Source of the DNA: Paragordius varius | Lineage: Eukaryota > Animalia > Nematomorpha | Direction of reading: 5' to 3' | Assembly: GCA_964247055.1 (NCBI GenBank) | Contig: OZ176055.1 | Coordinates: forward strand, 7,378,001-7,442,000 | DNA length: 64,000 nucleotides | Shown here: one piece after another, positions 14,101 through 25,546 of the stretch | Numbering within the stretch: position 1 is the first letter of the stretch | How the letters are laid out: each line of letters opens with the position of its first letter | Position numbers and translations under genes: made by a program | The notes under the pieces: generated by a model | Seen by the model: only the letters and a program-made list of their open reading frames with translations | The model's database searches: none | What the model was told of the DNA's origin: nothing

Positions 14101-17100
14101 GAATATTTGACTCAAATATAATTAGAAACTATGGACTTGTCTTGTTAGAACCTGTTTGTTTAATTATACCTAAACTGATATGTACATACTAACGATATTT
14201 AAAGAAAGTGAGATACTTATTATATTAAGTGGGAGTTTTGAACCAAAATAATCGTTAAAAAAATATACCAGCTTATGATACTCATTATTAAGTAATAAAT
14301 TAGCGGTTGACTTATATAAATTTTTCACCATAAATTACGGATGAAAGCATTTTTAATTTATATTGTTAGGTTTGCTCATAACGGGGTTTAAGCGAACATT
14401 ATTAGCATTCATTAATTTTATAGTTATCATAAATATTATACGCAACAATACTCTATTATTTTCAAGTATCGATCCAAATAGTTTTTTAACAGCTACCTTA
14501 AGTAGGAAACAATGTTTTAAACAAAATTTAACAATAACATTATTTCCTATTCGGGAGATATTCTTTATAAACTTTATGAGACTCTTAAGGTGTGTGTTTT
14601 AAAACAATTTCATTTAAATTTAAGAATATTTTATCGCTGTATTTCCAGTGATAACATAAAAAAATATTTAGGGAAATATGAAAGAAACTGTAAAAACATT
14701 TATGTTCACTTCCCTCATTATCCGAAAAAAATTAGTATTTACGCGTTGGAATATATGCAAATAAAATTACAAATATATATAAATATACTTACTATTCGAT
14801 ATACAAATAATTAATAAATGATGTTACATAATTAATATCGTGATAACAAATATAATTAACCTTTAAAGCAGTGTATGTACCCATTAAATTATCTAGCCTA
14901 GGAGCATATATGAATTCATTACGTATTCCACCCAAACTCTAAAAAATATAATACAAAAGAAACAGTTGATTATAAAATAAATAAAACATTATATTAAAAA
15001 AAATTGTTTCTGTTTTAGTTGTATGTAGCGTGCTTTCAATTATTGGGTTTTTCTCCAAGTATAACTAATCTCAATCCACTCTTGTTATCTGAGGCTAAAA
15101 AGATTAAATTTTGGTCATTGATCTGATGTTTGTTTAACTATCCAAAACAATTGCTATCTTTCCTGTGGTTCTGGATGGGACACGAAAAGGCGTTAACGGC
15201 AAAGGTCAGATCTTTAAAGAACTGCAAAATTATTAAGTTAAGGGCATGGCCTTCATTAACCATAAATATTAAGAATAAATTACTGCACAGCCAAAAAAGA
15301 CCATATCATGAAGGTTGAGACTTATGAGTTAGTTAGTTTTTTGTATAGAGTTAAAACTTCAATGTATTGGGTTAAATAATTTATGCAAGGATTTTTCCAT
15401 CTAATTTCGCTTGTTTTTTTCATAGGTCAGATTACGTTGCCATAAAATATACGTGTGACTGTTACCAGGTTGTTTTATTACTTCAATACAATATAATTGT
15501 ATTAAAAATAATAAATAGCCGTTTTGGGAAAACGATGCTCTTATTATTACTGAAATCATTGCATTATATATTCCTGTTAGGGCTTTCTTTGGTTATCAAA
15601 TATGCATAATTAACTTTAATAGTATAATATTCAAATCATCATTTTTAAATTTTAAACCATATTTGGATTTAATTATTTTTCATTATAAGTGGATAAATTT
15701 TATTTCTGTTAAACTGTTTTATTAATGATGGTTTAAAAGCGCTTGAATTGGTTAGAGATTTTTAGGATGATTTGTTTAAAGTTAAACTTTTCGTAGTTCA
15801 TCAGCGAAGGTTAAATTAATTATCTTCATAGTTATTTTATGATTTATTTTGTTTTTTATGTTTAAGTGTTACATTCATCATTCTTGATCGGTATTCAAAT
15901 AACAAGTTCTGATATATTTTTTTCCATATTTTGTTAGCGTTTTTAAAATCAATTTTTCGTTGCTCTAAATCTTCTGTGATTGTTTTGTGTCATGTTTTAA
16001 AGTAACGACTTGGTAGAGCTTTTGAATCTAATTTATAATGCTGCATCTTTTTCAGAATATCATCATTTCGCTCAATGTGTCCTAAATAGCTTAGTCTTTT
16101 GGTTTTGGGTTAAATGATCAATCGAATCTATTTGACAGATTGTGTATACGTCAAAATTATTATCGAAATATATTTGGTTGGGTTAAATGCATAAAGGATT
16201 ATCTTGAGAATTTTAACTTCTGTTCGTAGGATTTTATTTTTAATCAGCGGTCAGGTTTTTGCGCCTTAGGTAAGGGCTGTTCGTATCGCTATAATCTATA
16301 TTTTGGCTTTGGTCTTAACGTTTATAAATTTGTTGTTTTTAATGTGCTTAATTGAATGATATTTTTTCCAAGCTTGGCTGGATCAGTGTTTTATTTCATT
16401 TCTCGTCCAGCGGTTATAACGTGGCTGAGGTATATAAAGAAATCACTGTTTCAATTGCATGGGGGTTACCAAAAAATGGTTTTGTATTTTGAATGGGTTT
16501 CAACTCAATAACGTGTTACATTCATAATATGTATTAGTTAAACTTTACTCATTGAACATAGGCAAAAATACTACCCATAAATACTATCTATTCTTCCATA
16601 TTCCTGTTTTTTAATATTTTTGTCTATTAGTGAATCAATACGAGGCATAATACAAGATGATGCATGAAATTAATATTTAATTGAATACAAAATATTTTAA
16701 ATCTGTTTGTCGCAATAATAACAGTGATGGGTTGATAGAGGGGTTTAGTTTTTGATAATAAATTAATAATTCAAAATGCAATAGAGAAAATATTTTTTAC
16801 TGCTGGTTGCGAATCAGATAAACAAATTTCCATGTCCAGTATATCGTCTGCCTTAACATTCAACTCATCTGCTATCAATTTGATTAGCGGATTAAGTGAA
16901 GTCTCATTCGAAGCATTTCTTCCATTTAATCCTATGACAGGAATTCTGGAATTAATGAAATATATTAATAAAAAAATATAGATAAAAGTTTAAAATTAAC
17001 TTAATCGTAGTTACCACTATTAACATATAAATAAACGCTAAAAAATATAATTAAAAATATAATTTACAGATGTCTTTCTCGATTTATGGCAAATTTATCA

Positions 17101-17727
17101 TGGTATTGGGAATGCAGGTGGATGGCAACAGTAGGGATGCGTAAGAGAAGACGTTTCAAAGAAACAAGTTCGGAATCGATATGATTATTTCGCTGTAGAT
17201 AAATAGTAAAATAAATTATACCCTATAAACAACCAATCCGGCTAAATAAAGGTCCCTATCAAACCATGTATACCAAATTCCACTACCATATGTTTGAACC
17301 AATACTTGCTGATAATTATCCGCCTCTTCAATAAAGTAATTGGGTTTTAACTAGCAAATTAAATAAAATTTAAAAAAATTGAATTTACCCTTAAGTTTGG
17401 ACTATCTACATGCGTGCCAATTATTGAAAAACCTCCATTATCAGAGGTATATTGACCACCAACTATAAATGCAACTAGCGTGGATTTACTTTTAACAATA
17501 AAATACTTTCCGTTTACACGTATTTTAAGAGATTCTGATGGATCTAATTCCGTGAAACCCGCTTCAAGTAAGATTTTAGAAGATGAGTTTACAGCTAAAA
17601 TTAATTTATTTTTACCATGCCATGGGGTTGGAGATTCATCAATAAATTTTAAAAATTTTGAAACATCATCATTTCTTGAATAATGATAAACTAAAAAACT
17701 ACTCAAAAAAATAAAAATATTTCTCAT
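11164..17727 (-). CDS. DNPEP: Aspartyl aminopeptidase (M18 family), 11 exons, about 487 aa
   Basis: Exons: 17727-17616, 17594-17389, 17350-17222, 17192-17068, 16945-16801, 14938-14861, 14023-13946, 13707-13472, 13410-13269, 12971-12804, 11208-11164 (1464 nt, in frame). M18 motifs are all present: [61 protein letters not shown]; C-terminus FQ|[14 protein letters not shown]. The start codon is uncertain. Confidence 0.93.
11474..12594 (+). mobile_element. Degenerate mariner transposon in the last DNPEP intron, antisense to the gene
   Basis: [14 protein letters not shown] at about 12327-12368; C-terminal [13 protein letters not shown]...[12 protein letters not shown]; degenerate TIRs share AGTCATAAGT (about 11488) and ACTTATGACT (about 12574). 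Confidence 0.85.
15950..16460 (-). mobile_element. RTE-clade non-LTR retrotransposon relic (RT C-terminal region) in DNPEP intron 5
   Basis: Broken frame reads FIYLSHVIT...AKLGK...PKYRL...EQKLKF...[13 protein letters not shown], resembling the FKYLGS / KIRLYK / RLRWLGHV motifs of RTE elements. Confidence 0.55.
17193..17221 (-). other. 29-nt micro-intron (DNPEP intron 3)
   Basis: GTATAATTTATTTTACTATTTATCTACAG; required for frame (VVYR|RNNH...LLLRIP). Confidence 0.85.
17351..17388 (-). other. 38-nt intron (DNPEP intron 2)
   Basis: GTAAATTC...TTTGCTAG; required for frame (NLR|LKP). Confidence 0.85.
17595..17615 (-). other. 21-nt GT-AG micro-intron (DNPEP intron 1)
   Basis: GTAAAAATAAATTAATTTTAG. 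Removing it converts [12 protein letters not shown] into the conserved PWHAV. Confidence 0.75.
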
Positions 17728-18077
17728 TTGAATTTAAACTTATGAATGTTTCACATTCAGGTGGAATGAACCTAATCATTATGTGAATTTATTTATGGGG
17801 TTTATATATTTATGGTTAGATCATACGTATTATATCATAAATTAGCAATAAAAATCTGATTAGAATATTTATAAAATTTATGAGCCCAAATATATGCAAA
17901 ACAACGCATTTTGCACATATAATAGATAATTGGAAAAATAAAATTATGTATTTATCGGTGATCCTAATAATTATTGGTAAAAATTCTGCAAAAATTAAAA
18001 TTTGCATTGAAACTATAAGATATTTAAAAATATTTTTTATGGTAAAAAATAGAATAGGGTCATTTTGGGGTAAAAAT

Positions 18078-18551
18078 ATAACATTTGGATACAACACATT
18101 CATTTCATTGATTCAAATTGGGGTAATTAGATATACCCCAGGCTTGTTTAAAATTAAATGTTTTAAAAATAATAGATTATTTTGAAACCAAGATTTGCAC
18201 TTATATATCATAAAGGAACCGAAATATAATAAATTCATTCAAAAATACTTGATATTACTTCGAGGTAAAATTCAAAAGGTAAAAATTTAGCCAACATGAC
18301 ATGTGTGCATAAGCGAAATATAAAAATAATAAGGATAATACCACTTTTTCTGTTTATATCAATGTTAATTGTAGTTTTAAATAAAAAGTAATTTTAGTTT
18401 TAGGCTTAGAACCTATTAAATATGATATTTTGCAAAAATGATGTAAAATAAAAATGGCGTCTAAGTAGTTTGATATGGAGCTTTTTTCCAAAACTAATTT
18501 TATTTAGATATTTTCTTTTTAATTAGCATAAATTTATATTTAAACCGTTTC
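18078..18551 (+). mobile_element. piggyBac-like MITE, truncated copy in tandem with the next copy
   Basis: Starts AACATTTGGATACAACACATTCATTT...TTGATTCAAATTGGGGTA; colinear with 18577-19156. Confidence 0.7.
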
Positions 18552-18576
18552 TTTCGCTATTTTTATAAAAATATGA

Positions 18577-19156
18577 AACTTGCATACAACGCATTCATTT
18601 TAGTCCTTCGATTCAAATTGGGGTAATTGGATACCCCAGACCTGTTTTAAATTAAATTCTTTAAAATATGGAAGGAATCAGAACCATGGTAAAGTTTTGC
18701 ACTTATATAATATTGATAAACCGAATATATAAAAAATCTTATTCAAAAATACTTGATATTACTTATTTTAAGCTAGAACCGAAAGGCAAAAAATTAGTCA
18801 ACGTGACTTGTGTGCAATTGTAAAATTAAAAATAATACAATATAAACCGCTTTTTCTGTTTCTATCAATGTTAGATGTGATTTAAATGAAAAATTAGCTT
18901 TAATTTTACCCTTAAAATTAAATGAAGGCGAAATTTCGCAAAAATTTTGTAAAACAAAAATGGCGTCGAAGTAGTTTGACATGGAATTTTTTTTTCAAAA
19001 AAAAAAATTATATTTAGATATTTTGGCATATTTATATAATTTTTATTGGGATAGAAGCATATATTTAAATTGGGACCGTTTTCTTATGTTGTTTCTTAAA
19101 ATTGCTAATTTAAATTTAGTCTGGGGTATTTAGATACCCCCATTTGAATCAAAGTG
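18577..19156 (+). mobile_element. piggyBac-like MITE (about 580 bp, CAC...GTG termini, TTAA target)
   Basis: Ends ...ATTTGAATCAAAGTG|TTAA; subterminal inverted motif TTCGATTCAAATTGGGGTA..TACCCCAGA; homologous to 34184-34762 (shared pseudo-ORF MSNY.DAIF...). Confidence 0.75.
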
Positions 19157-19467
19157 TTAAAACCATTAAAAGCTGAGGTACAATTCAAATTTTTGCGGGT
19201 TGTATAAAATATCATATAATCTCGTGGGCCCTGCCACATTTCTTAACACACAATTGTTATATGACATTCTCATATTTCATTTCTTTCATACTTTCATATT
19301 TACTCTGAACACCTAATTACATTTATTTTTTGGTAAGCGAATACATTTTGGGTAATTTTATACCCTAAAGTTATAAACCACTGTTTTGAAGGGTTTGAAT
19401 TTTTTATTTAACATTGCTCTCCTGTATATAAAAAGGGTTATATTTTTTTCAGTTTATATATATAGAG

Positions 19468-19724
19468 CAGGGGCATCCAACATGCTCCTCCGAGAATTTA
19501 CATACCCGCGAAATCTGGATATTCAAAATTTGCAAAATATGCTTATAATATCTTAAATAAATTGATATTTCTTAAACAATTTTAATCTATCCAATTGGCA
19601 AGACCTAAAAAAAATACTATTTGCGTTTGCATTTTACTATTTTTTTGATTGAAATCTAATAAATTATTTAAAAAATAGCCATGTGTATTTCAAATTAGGT
19701 GCGCGCCATTTGTGGACGCCCCTA
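19468..19724 (+). mobile_element. hAT-like MITE family B
   Basis: CAGGGGCATCCAAC ... GTGGACGCCCCTA; flanks ATATAGAG / ATCAAGAG (6/8). Confidence 0.65.
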
Positions 19725-20224
19725 ATCAAGAGTGCGAAAGTGTGAAAGCTTTAAAACTCGACTGAAAACAGCTGACCTTATTACAAAATATATCAATAAT
19801 TTAGATAAAATAGATTTAAAGCCCTCTGAAGTTTATTATATACCTTTTTTAACCATAATATACATTTATTAGCCTATTGGCCTTTTAAAAAATTCCAACA
19901 AAAAAATATTATAAAAAAGTTTAGGATTAGGATTTTTTACGTTTTTTTATTTTTTAATCATACGCTTAAAGGCTAATAACTGCATATATTTAAATTTTCA
20001 TCATATGTTTAAAACTTTTTGAGGTATTTGATTGTGGTATAAAACTACGCCAATTTAATAATGTGTTAAGTTTGGATAAGTATAGTAGAGAAAAAGGAAA
20101 AATACCTAGTAATTTGCCATATTCAATAACCAAATGTTTACTGACTACTATAGTAACACTCCGAAAATATTGATCACTCTTATTGCAGCTCAGAATTATT
20201 TATCCTTATATTAAGAGTTTTATA

Positions 20225-20450
20225 TGATATAAAACGATTACGTTTTCTTATATATCCTGGCCTTCAGTGATAGAGCATTTTTGGAGCCGCGCATGATTCT
20301 TGGATGGTGCCTCATCTTCACTGCTCCTGCCAAAAAACATATACACTTGATGACATATAAAATTTCGGTTCAGGGCTCGTTTATTTATGGCAGCATGTAC
20401 ACATCTTTCCCGCCCCTTTACTGCGCCACCGTTCGGGTTTAATCCCATTG
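20225..20450 (-). mobile_element. Possible short RTE-like LINE fragment
   Basis: GC-richer patch; one frame reads IMRGSKNALSLKARIYKK, resembling RTE L.SK.LSLK.KIRIYKT. Weak. Confidence 0.3.
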
Positions 20451-21032
20451 TATGTTAATATAGCGTCATTTAAAAAATACAAGAAAATTGTAAATTTTAA
20501 TCAATCCCTCATTTGATTAAATCACCCAGGCATATTTATTATGAAATATGTTTTCTATCGTTTTTGTATAAAGAGAACAATGGAAAAAGCTCTGGAATAG
20601 AAATAACAGAGATTTTAATAGTTAAAATTAAAATTAGCAAACATAAAGTTGTAATACGAATTGAACATAGACATATTTGGTAAATTTGCGAAACGCCGCA
20701 AATTTTGTAGCCATATGGGATTAGCTCTCAATGGGTTTCGCTTGTACTTTACATTGTATTACAATCAATAATTTTTAAACAACTATAAACACAAAATAAA
20801 TATGTATTATTATATCATTGTTTAATTTAATTTTTATATGCTTCTTTTTTGTATATCGGACTTTACATCTGCCAATAATTAACTTACCATGGTTTGTTAT
20901 GCTCAGTAATTGATTTCGAAAATTTTGTAAGGTCGTTCTAACTAAGGCTAAACTTTATTAATATTTTATCACCCCTATTTTAGCGAAAAGTCCAACCGTT
21001 GTCAACAACGTCTTTATGAATAACGTTCCTAC

Positions 21033-21321
21033 CAGGGGTGGCCAACGCGCGGCCCTCCAAAATATTTTTCCAGCTCGCGAGAAATTTCAAATACAAATTG
21101 TTACAAAATCTAAGTAAATTTTGTTTTTTTAAACAAATTTTCTGATGGAATCGTAAATTTTGGCAATGAACTTGCAAAAATTATTAATATAACTAATAGT
21201 CAGTCTTATCTTTGCAATATAATAAATATTTGTCGATTCCCTTTTATTTTGCGAATGTGGCCCGTCGGATTTTGCGATTCTAAAATGCAACCCGCGAAGC
21301 CATTAGTAATGGCCACCCCAG
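21033..21321 (+). mobile_element. hAT-like MITE family B
   Basis: CAGGGGTGGCCAACGCGCGGCCCTCC ... CCCGCGAAGCCATTAGTAATGGCCACCCCAG. Confidence 0.75.
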
Positions 21322-23149
21322 CTCCATACTATACCTTGGCAAACTGGCCAAATATGATAACATACTAGACGAGTCATCATTTTTGCTGAGTAATACGGCA
21401 AGACCGAAAAATTTGTTCCATTCCGTCAGTCTAATTTTTATACGGAAAACTATTGAACCCCACGCTTTAATTCGCTGATTTTTTATTTAATTTCTGATCT
21501 TGTCAGCACACGAAGATAGTTGCAAATGACAATATCGATAAAACAAAGCAAGTGTTACGGAAAAGCAACAAACTTAGAGCGTGCCGAAATGTGATTGGTG
21601 ATAAAAATGCGCGCAAACAGAAGTGTATACGCTCGACTAACCCGATTCCCAAACGAATATGGTGCTCGATCAGCAAGTATACCATAATTTTTAGTGCTAT
21701 TGTTTGTATGTTTTATATCTAATAAATTTTGGTCAAAAATTCTAAATATTTTAGCACAAATTTAGTTAAGTGAAAATAGCAGTTATTAAGGCCAAAAATG
21801 AAAAAAAGGATATTAGTTTGGATTTCTAGAATCGCAAACATTATATTTTCTGATGTTAATGTCAACATAAAATTAAAAAACTATACTCAATATCATATTG
21901 CGTCAAAACTAGGGTGTATCCAAAATATAATGATGAAATATATATAATCTGACAGATAAATAGTAAAAGGATTCTCGAGGTGCTTTGGGGTTTGGCCCTT
22001 ACGATCAATAAAATAAAATTATTGGCACTTTTGTGATAATTGCTCGATATCATATTGCAAAATTAGTGCACATCTTTATTCCCAAAAGTATCCTCAAAAT
22101 AAATTACATATAGAAAACAAAAAACAATATTATATATAATTTTAAATATGGACTCGGGTCTCAAATTTTTATGCCCTTAGAAAATAAGCTAGTTCTCTTA
22201 AAATAACGCAAAATTTCCGAGATTGTACGATATTAAATATATACTAAATTTACACATCAAAAAAACTTCTTTCCCAAAAAATGTTACGCTTAAAATTTAA
22301 TTTATGAAAAATATTTTTTTAGAGCGTATTTTATACTATTTTAATGTGATGGAAACTGTATAAAAACGCTTTAAAATTTAAAATCAATCCATATAGTTCG
22401 ATGATGCTGTATCAGCTCAATTCAAAGGTTCGTTTGCGATATAATTTGGGTTTTTTGTAAAAAGCAATTTATATTTAATATAATTTTTAAGACCGAATAT
22501 CTGAGGTGGTAAAAATGCTCGGAAACATCAAACTATATAGAAAAAGTGTTTTTGCTATCTTAAAGCCTTTTCTTATGAAGTGCGCTTAAACAATTTTTTC
22601 AAATTAAATTATTATGCACATCTATATTTTCGGAAAAAAACATTTTTTTATGTTATAACTTAATATTTAACACCATAACTTTTTGGGTTAATTTCTAGGG
22701 CCATTTGAAAATTTATTATCTCAAAAAATATTTTTAGCGGGGATTTAAAAAATAGCTTTTTCTTTTAGGCTCATAATACAAAGAATTCTAAAAAATATTG
22801 AATTGTAAAAAATCCTCATCCTAAACTTTCTCGCCGTCATTTTTTTCCTATTTTTTTTAAATAATTATGAATAATTTTCAATTAACCCTGAAAAGTTAAT
22901 TACAATTTACCAATTTTTTAGCTATTCATACAATCGTTTTTTAGATCCAAATTTGGGACTTGGAAGCCAAAAAACTGCCAAAATTAAATTATTATCTAAG
23001 ACAGGAGAAGAGGGGTTGAAAATTAAATTTTAACCAAATTAAGTTCTACAGTGGTTTGCGGGGTAGAAAATTACCCCAAAATGTAACGCGTACAATAAAA
23101 TGAAAATGTAATGAAGAGTTTAATATATCGCATCGGCATTTTAACCTGT

Positions 23150-23286
23150 AAATTATTTTTGGCCTATTTATATAATTTTTAATAGGATAGAAGCAATTTA
23201 AATTGGGATCGTTTCTTCAAGAGTTTTTTAAAAATATCACTTGATATAGTCTGGAGTATTTAGATACCGCAATTTGAATCGAAGTG
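23150..23286 (+). mobile_element. piggyBac-like MITE, terminal fragment
   Basis: ...TAGATACCGCAATTTGAATCGAAGTG|TTAA, the same end as the 19156 copy. Confidence 0.6.
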
Positions 23287-23880
23287 TTAAGATATTATAG
23301 CAATTCAGTTTACATTTTAATGTCCGGCCATAATTTCTTACGAAAAGGCTCCTCTTGAAAAGCGTTTGTGATTTTCCTATTATTTTCAAGTGAGAGATTA
23401 TGGTATAGACAAAATAATAAATATAAAGATATATTTTTAAAAAATAATAGTTTTAATAGGGAGAAAATGACTTGTGTCTAGTGTAAATGTTATGTAAATA
23501 AATGAAAAAAAGTGGTTGTGTTAAAATTTTTATAAGCTTCGAATGTTCTCTCTTTGAGGTTTAAATGAGCTAATCTTTTAATATTACATAAAAAATCTGT
23601 AATAACGATATTATTAACACCCGACATCCTTTTAAATTTATAGTTCGCATCCAACTTTTTAGGTTTGATTTTCTTAAATTTGATTTATATTGCAAAAGAA
23701 CGAACTTGAAGCTAAAGAATAGCGGTTGAAATGGTGTAAATGCCAGATTGTTATTTGAAAATTGATTTTGGGAAAAGCTTATTAGTCTTATCTAGATCTT
23801 TTTAAAGCGCATTTTAAGTTTGTGTAAAACATTAATTACAATCAATATAACACTTTCCTTATAATATGCTGGCGCTGACA

Positions 23881-24041
23881 TATCTAACATTTTGCATTAT
23901 TTGCGATTTCGTTAGTTGTTTACAAAACCCAACCATTTTATTTTTTGGACATTTACCTATATATCTAACATTTTGCATTATTTGCGATTTCGTTAGTTGT
24001 TTAAAACCCCAACCATTTTATTTTTTGGACATTTACCTATA
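23881..24041. repeat. 81-bp tandem duplication
   Basis: TATCTAACATTTTGCATTATTTGCGATTTCG...GGACATTTACCTATA occurs twice (starts 23881 and 23962), with differences only around AAAACCC. Confidence 0.95.
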
Positions 24042-25546
24042 AGAATTATTCTTGGTTAAATTAAAATTAATTTGGTGATTTTTTGCCTTTTTGTCTATTA
24101 GCCTTAAATGACTAATTATGGTTAATTACTAATTATTTTTAAAAAAAATCAAATTGCTCTATGAACACAACTCAATTATTAAGTTTCATAAGATTTGATA
24201 CCTAAACACGACGTGTTTTTACCATTAAAACAAAACTCCAAATAGAGCAGGATTAAATTAATTTTATTAGTTAATAAAAAAAATTTTTTTGTTGTTTCAT
24301 CCTCTCCATGTCCAGATCGATAATTGAGCCAAATCTCATTATATAATATAAGAAAAAATAACCTTAGCTTATTGGTGTAAGCTTATATTTTGTCACCACA
24401 AAAAAACAAGGTAGTTAGTCAGTTTTTCAGTCATCGTTGTTAAATTTTAATTATTTATATAATAAAATAATAATGACTTTTTTATACAAATAGTAACGAA
24501 AATATGAAACTAACACTTTAATCCTGATTTATGATTTAATTCGATTAAGAAGATAGAATTGTTGAAGAGTTTCTCTACGCTATTTCGTCCTCAATTCGAT
24601 ACAACTTTAACATAAGAATGTGTGACAAATTGCTGAAATGTTGGTTGTGTACATGGATATATTACTGGTGTTTCCTTTTTATTGTTAAAGCCAAAAATTA
24701 ATCAATTATTAAATTTATTTGAAAATTCCTTAATACACACATAATACCAATTTTCTTTTTATATAGGGGTCCCTGATAATAGCATAATATTTATTTTTTG
24801 TATCCAAGCAACATAAATAATAATATTTTTTTTATTAGTTACCAAAAATGACAATAAATTTTCATTAACAAGGTCTTTCTCTCGCTCATTTTTGGTATCA
24901 TGGGAAAAGGGAACAAGATTGCTGGCAGAATATTTTTATTTTCCTTGAAAAGTGTTGATGATTTTTAATTTTTATGTTACACAATATACAAATATCTTAA
25001 TATCCCCTATCTATATATTAATATATATAATTTTTTCAACATAAGCGTACATCACATCAAGATCTGAGAATAAAATATTTATCTGTCAAAATGGATTTCA
25101 ACTACTCTTCAAAATATACATAATGATTATTGTTTTTTGAAATATCATTTATAAAATGAGATGTTGAATAGAAATGTTATTGGAAAAAATATTTTATTTC
25201 TAGCGATGACATAATCCGGAAATTTAGTTAATGTATATATGGGCTCATGATAAAATGTTATTTGAAATGGAAAAACTACTTTTCCTTTTAATAGATAATC
25301 CCTCAACTTCATTGTGAAAAAAATACTTGTTCAGCTCCAATTAGAAAACCATTATTTATGTCTTTTAACACCACAAATACTAATCCATACGTGACGAATT
25401 GATTCCACAATTTCCTTAACAACTGTAAAAAAACATTAAATATACTTCAAATCCTATGTTCATTAAAAACCATTTTATCTTATTTTATATTCCTATCTAT
25501 TCATAAGGCCCAGGACTATTCGATAAATACAAAATAAACAGGATAA

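Noticed and set aside
15000-15900. Possible LINE endonuclease remnant (DNKSGLRLV..)
   Set aside because: Only a vague resemblance to APE motifs, and it lies on the wrong side of the adjacent RT remnant; not supportable without a search.
16560-16680. [12 protein letters not shown] reading that resembled a DNPEP exon
   Set aside because: The real exons ([17 protein letters not shown]; GLLS...FDNEE) were found at 14861-14938 and 13946-14023; this frame has stops and lacks matching splice sites.
18794-18982. Similar ORFs MSNY.DAIF at 18794 and 34355 suggesting a small gene family
   Set aside because: Both lie inside copies of the same non-coding MITE.
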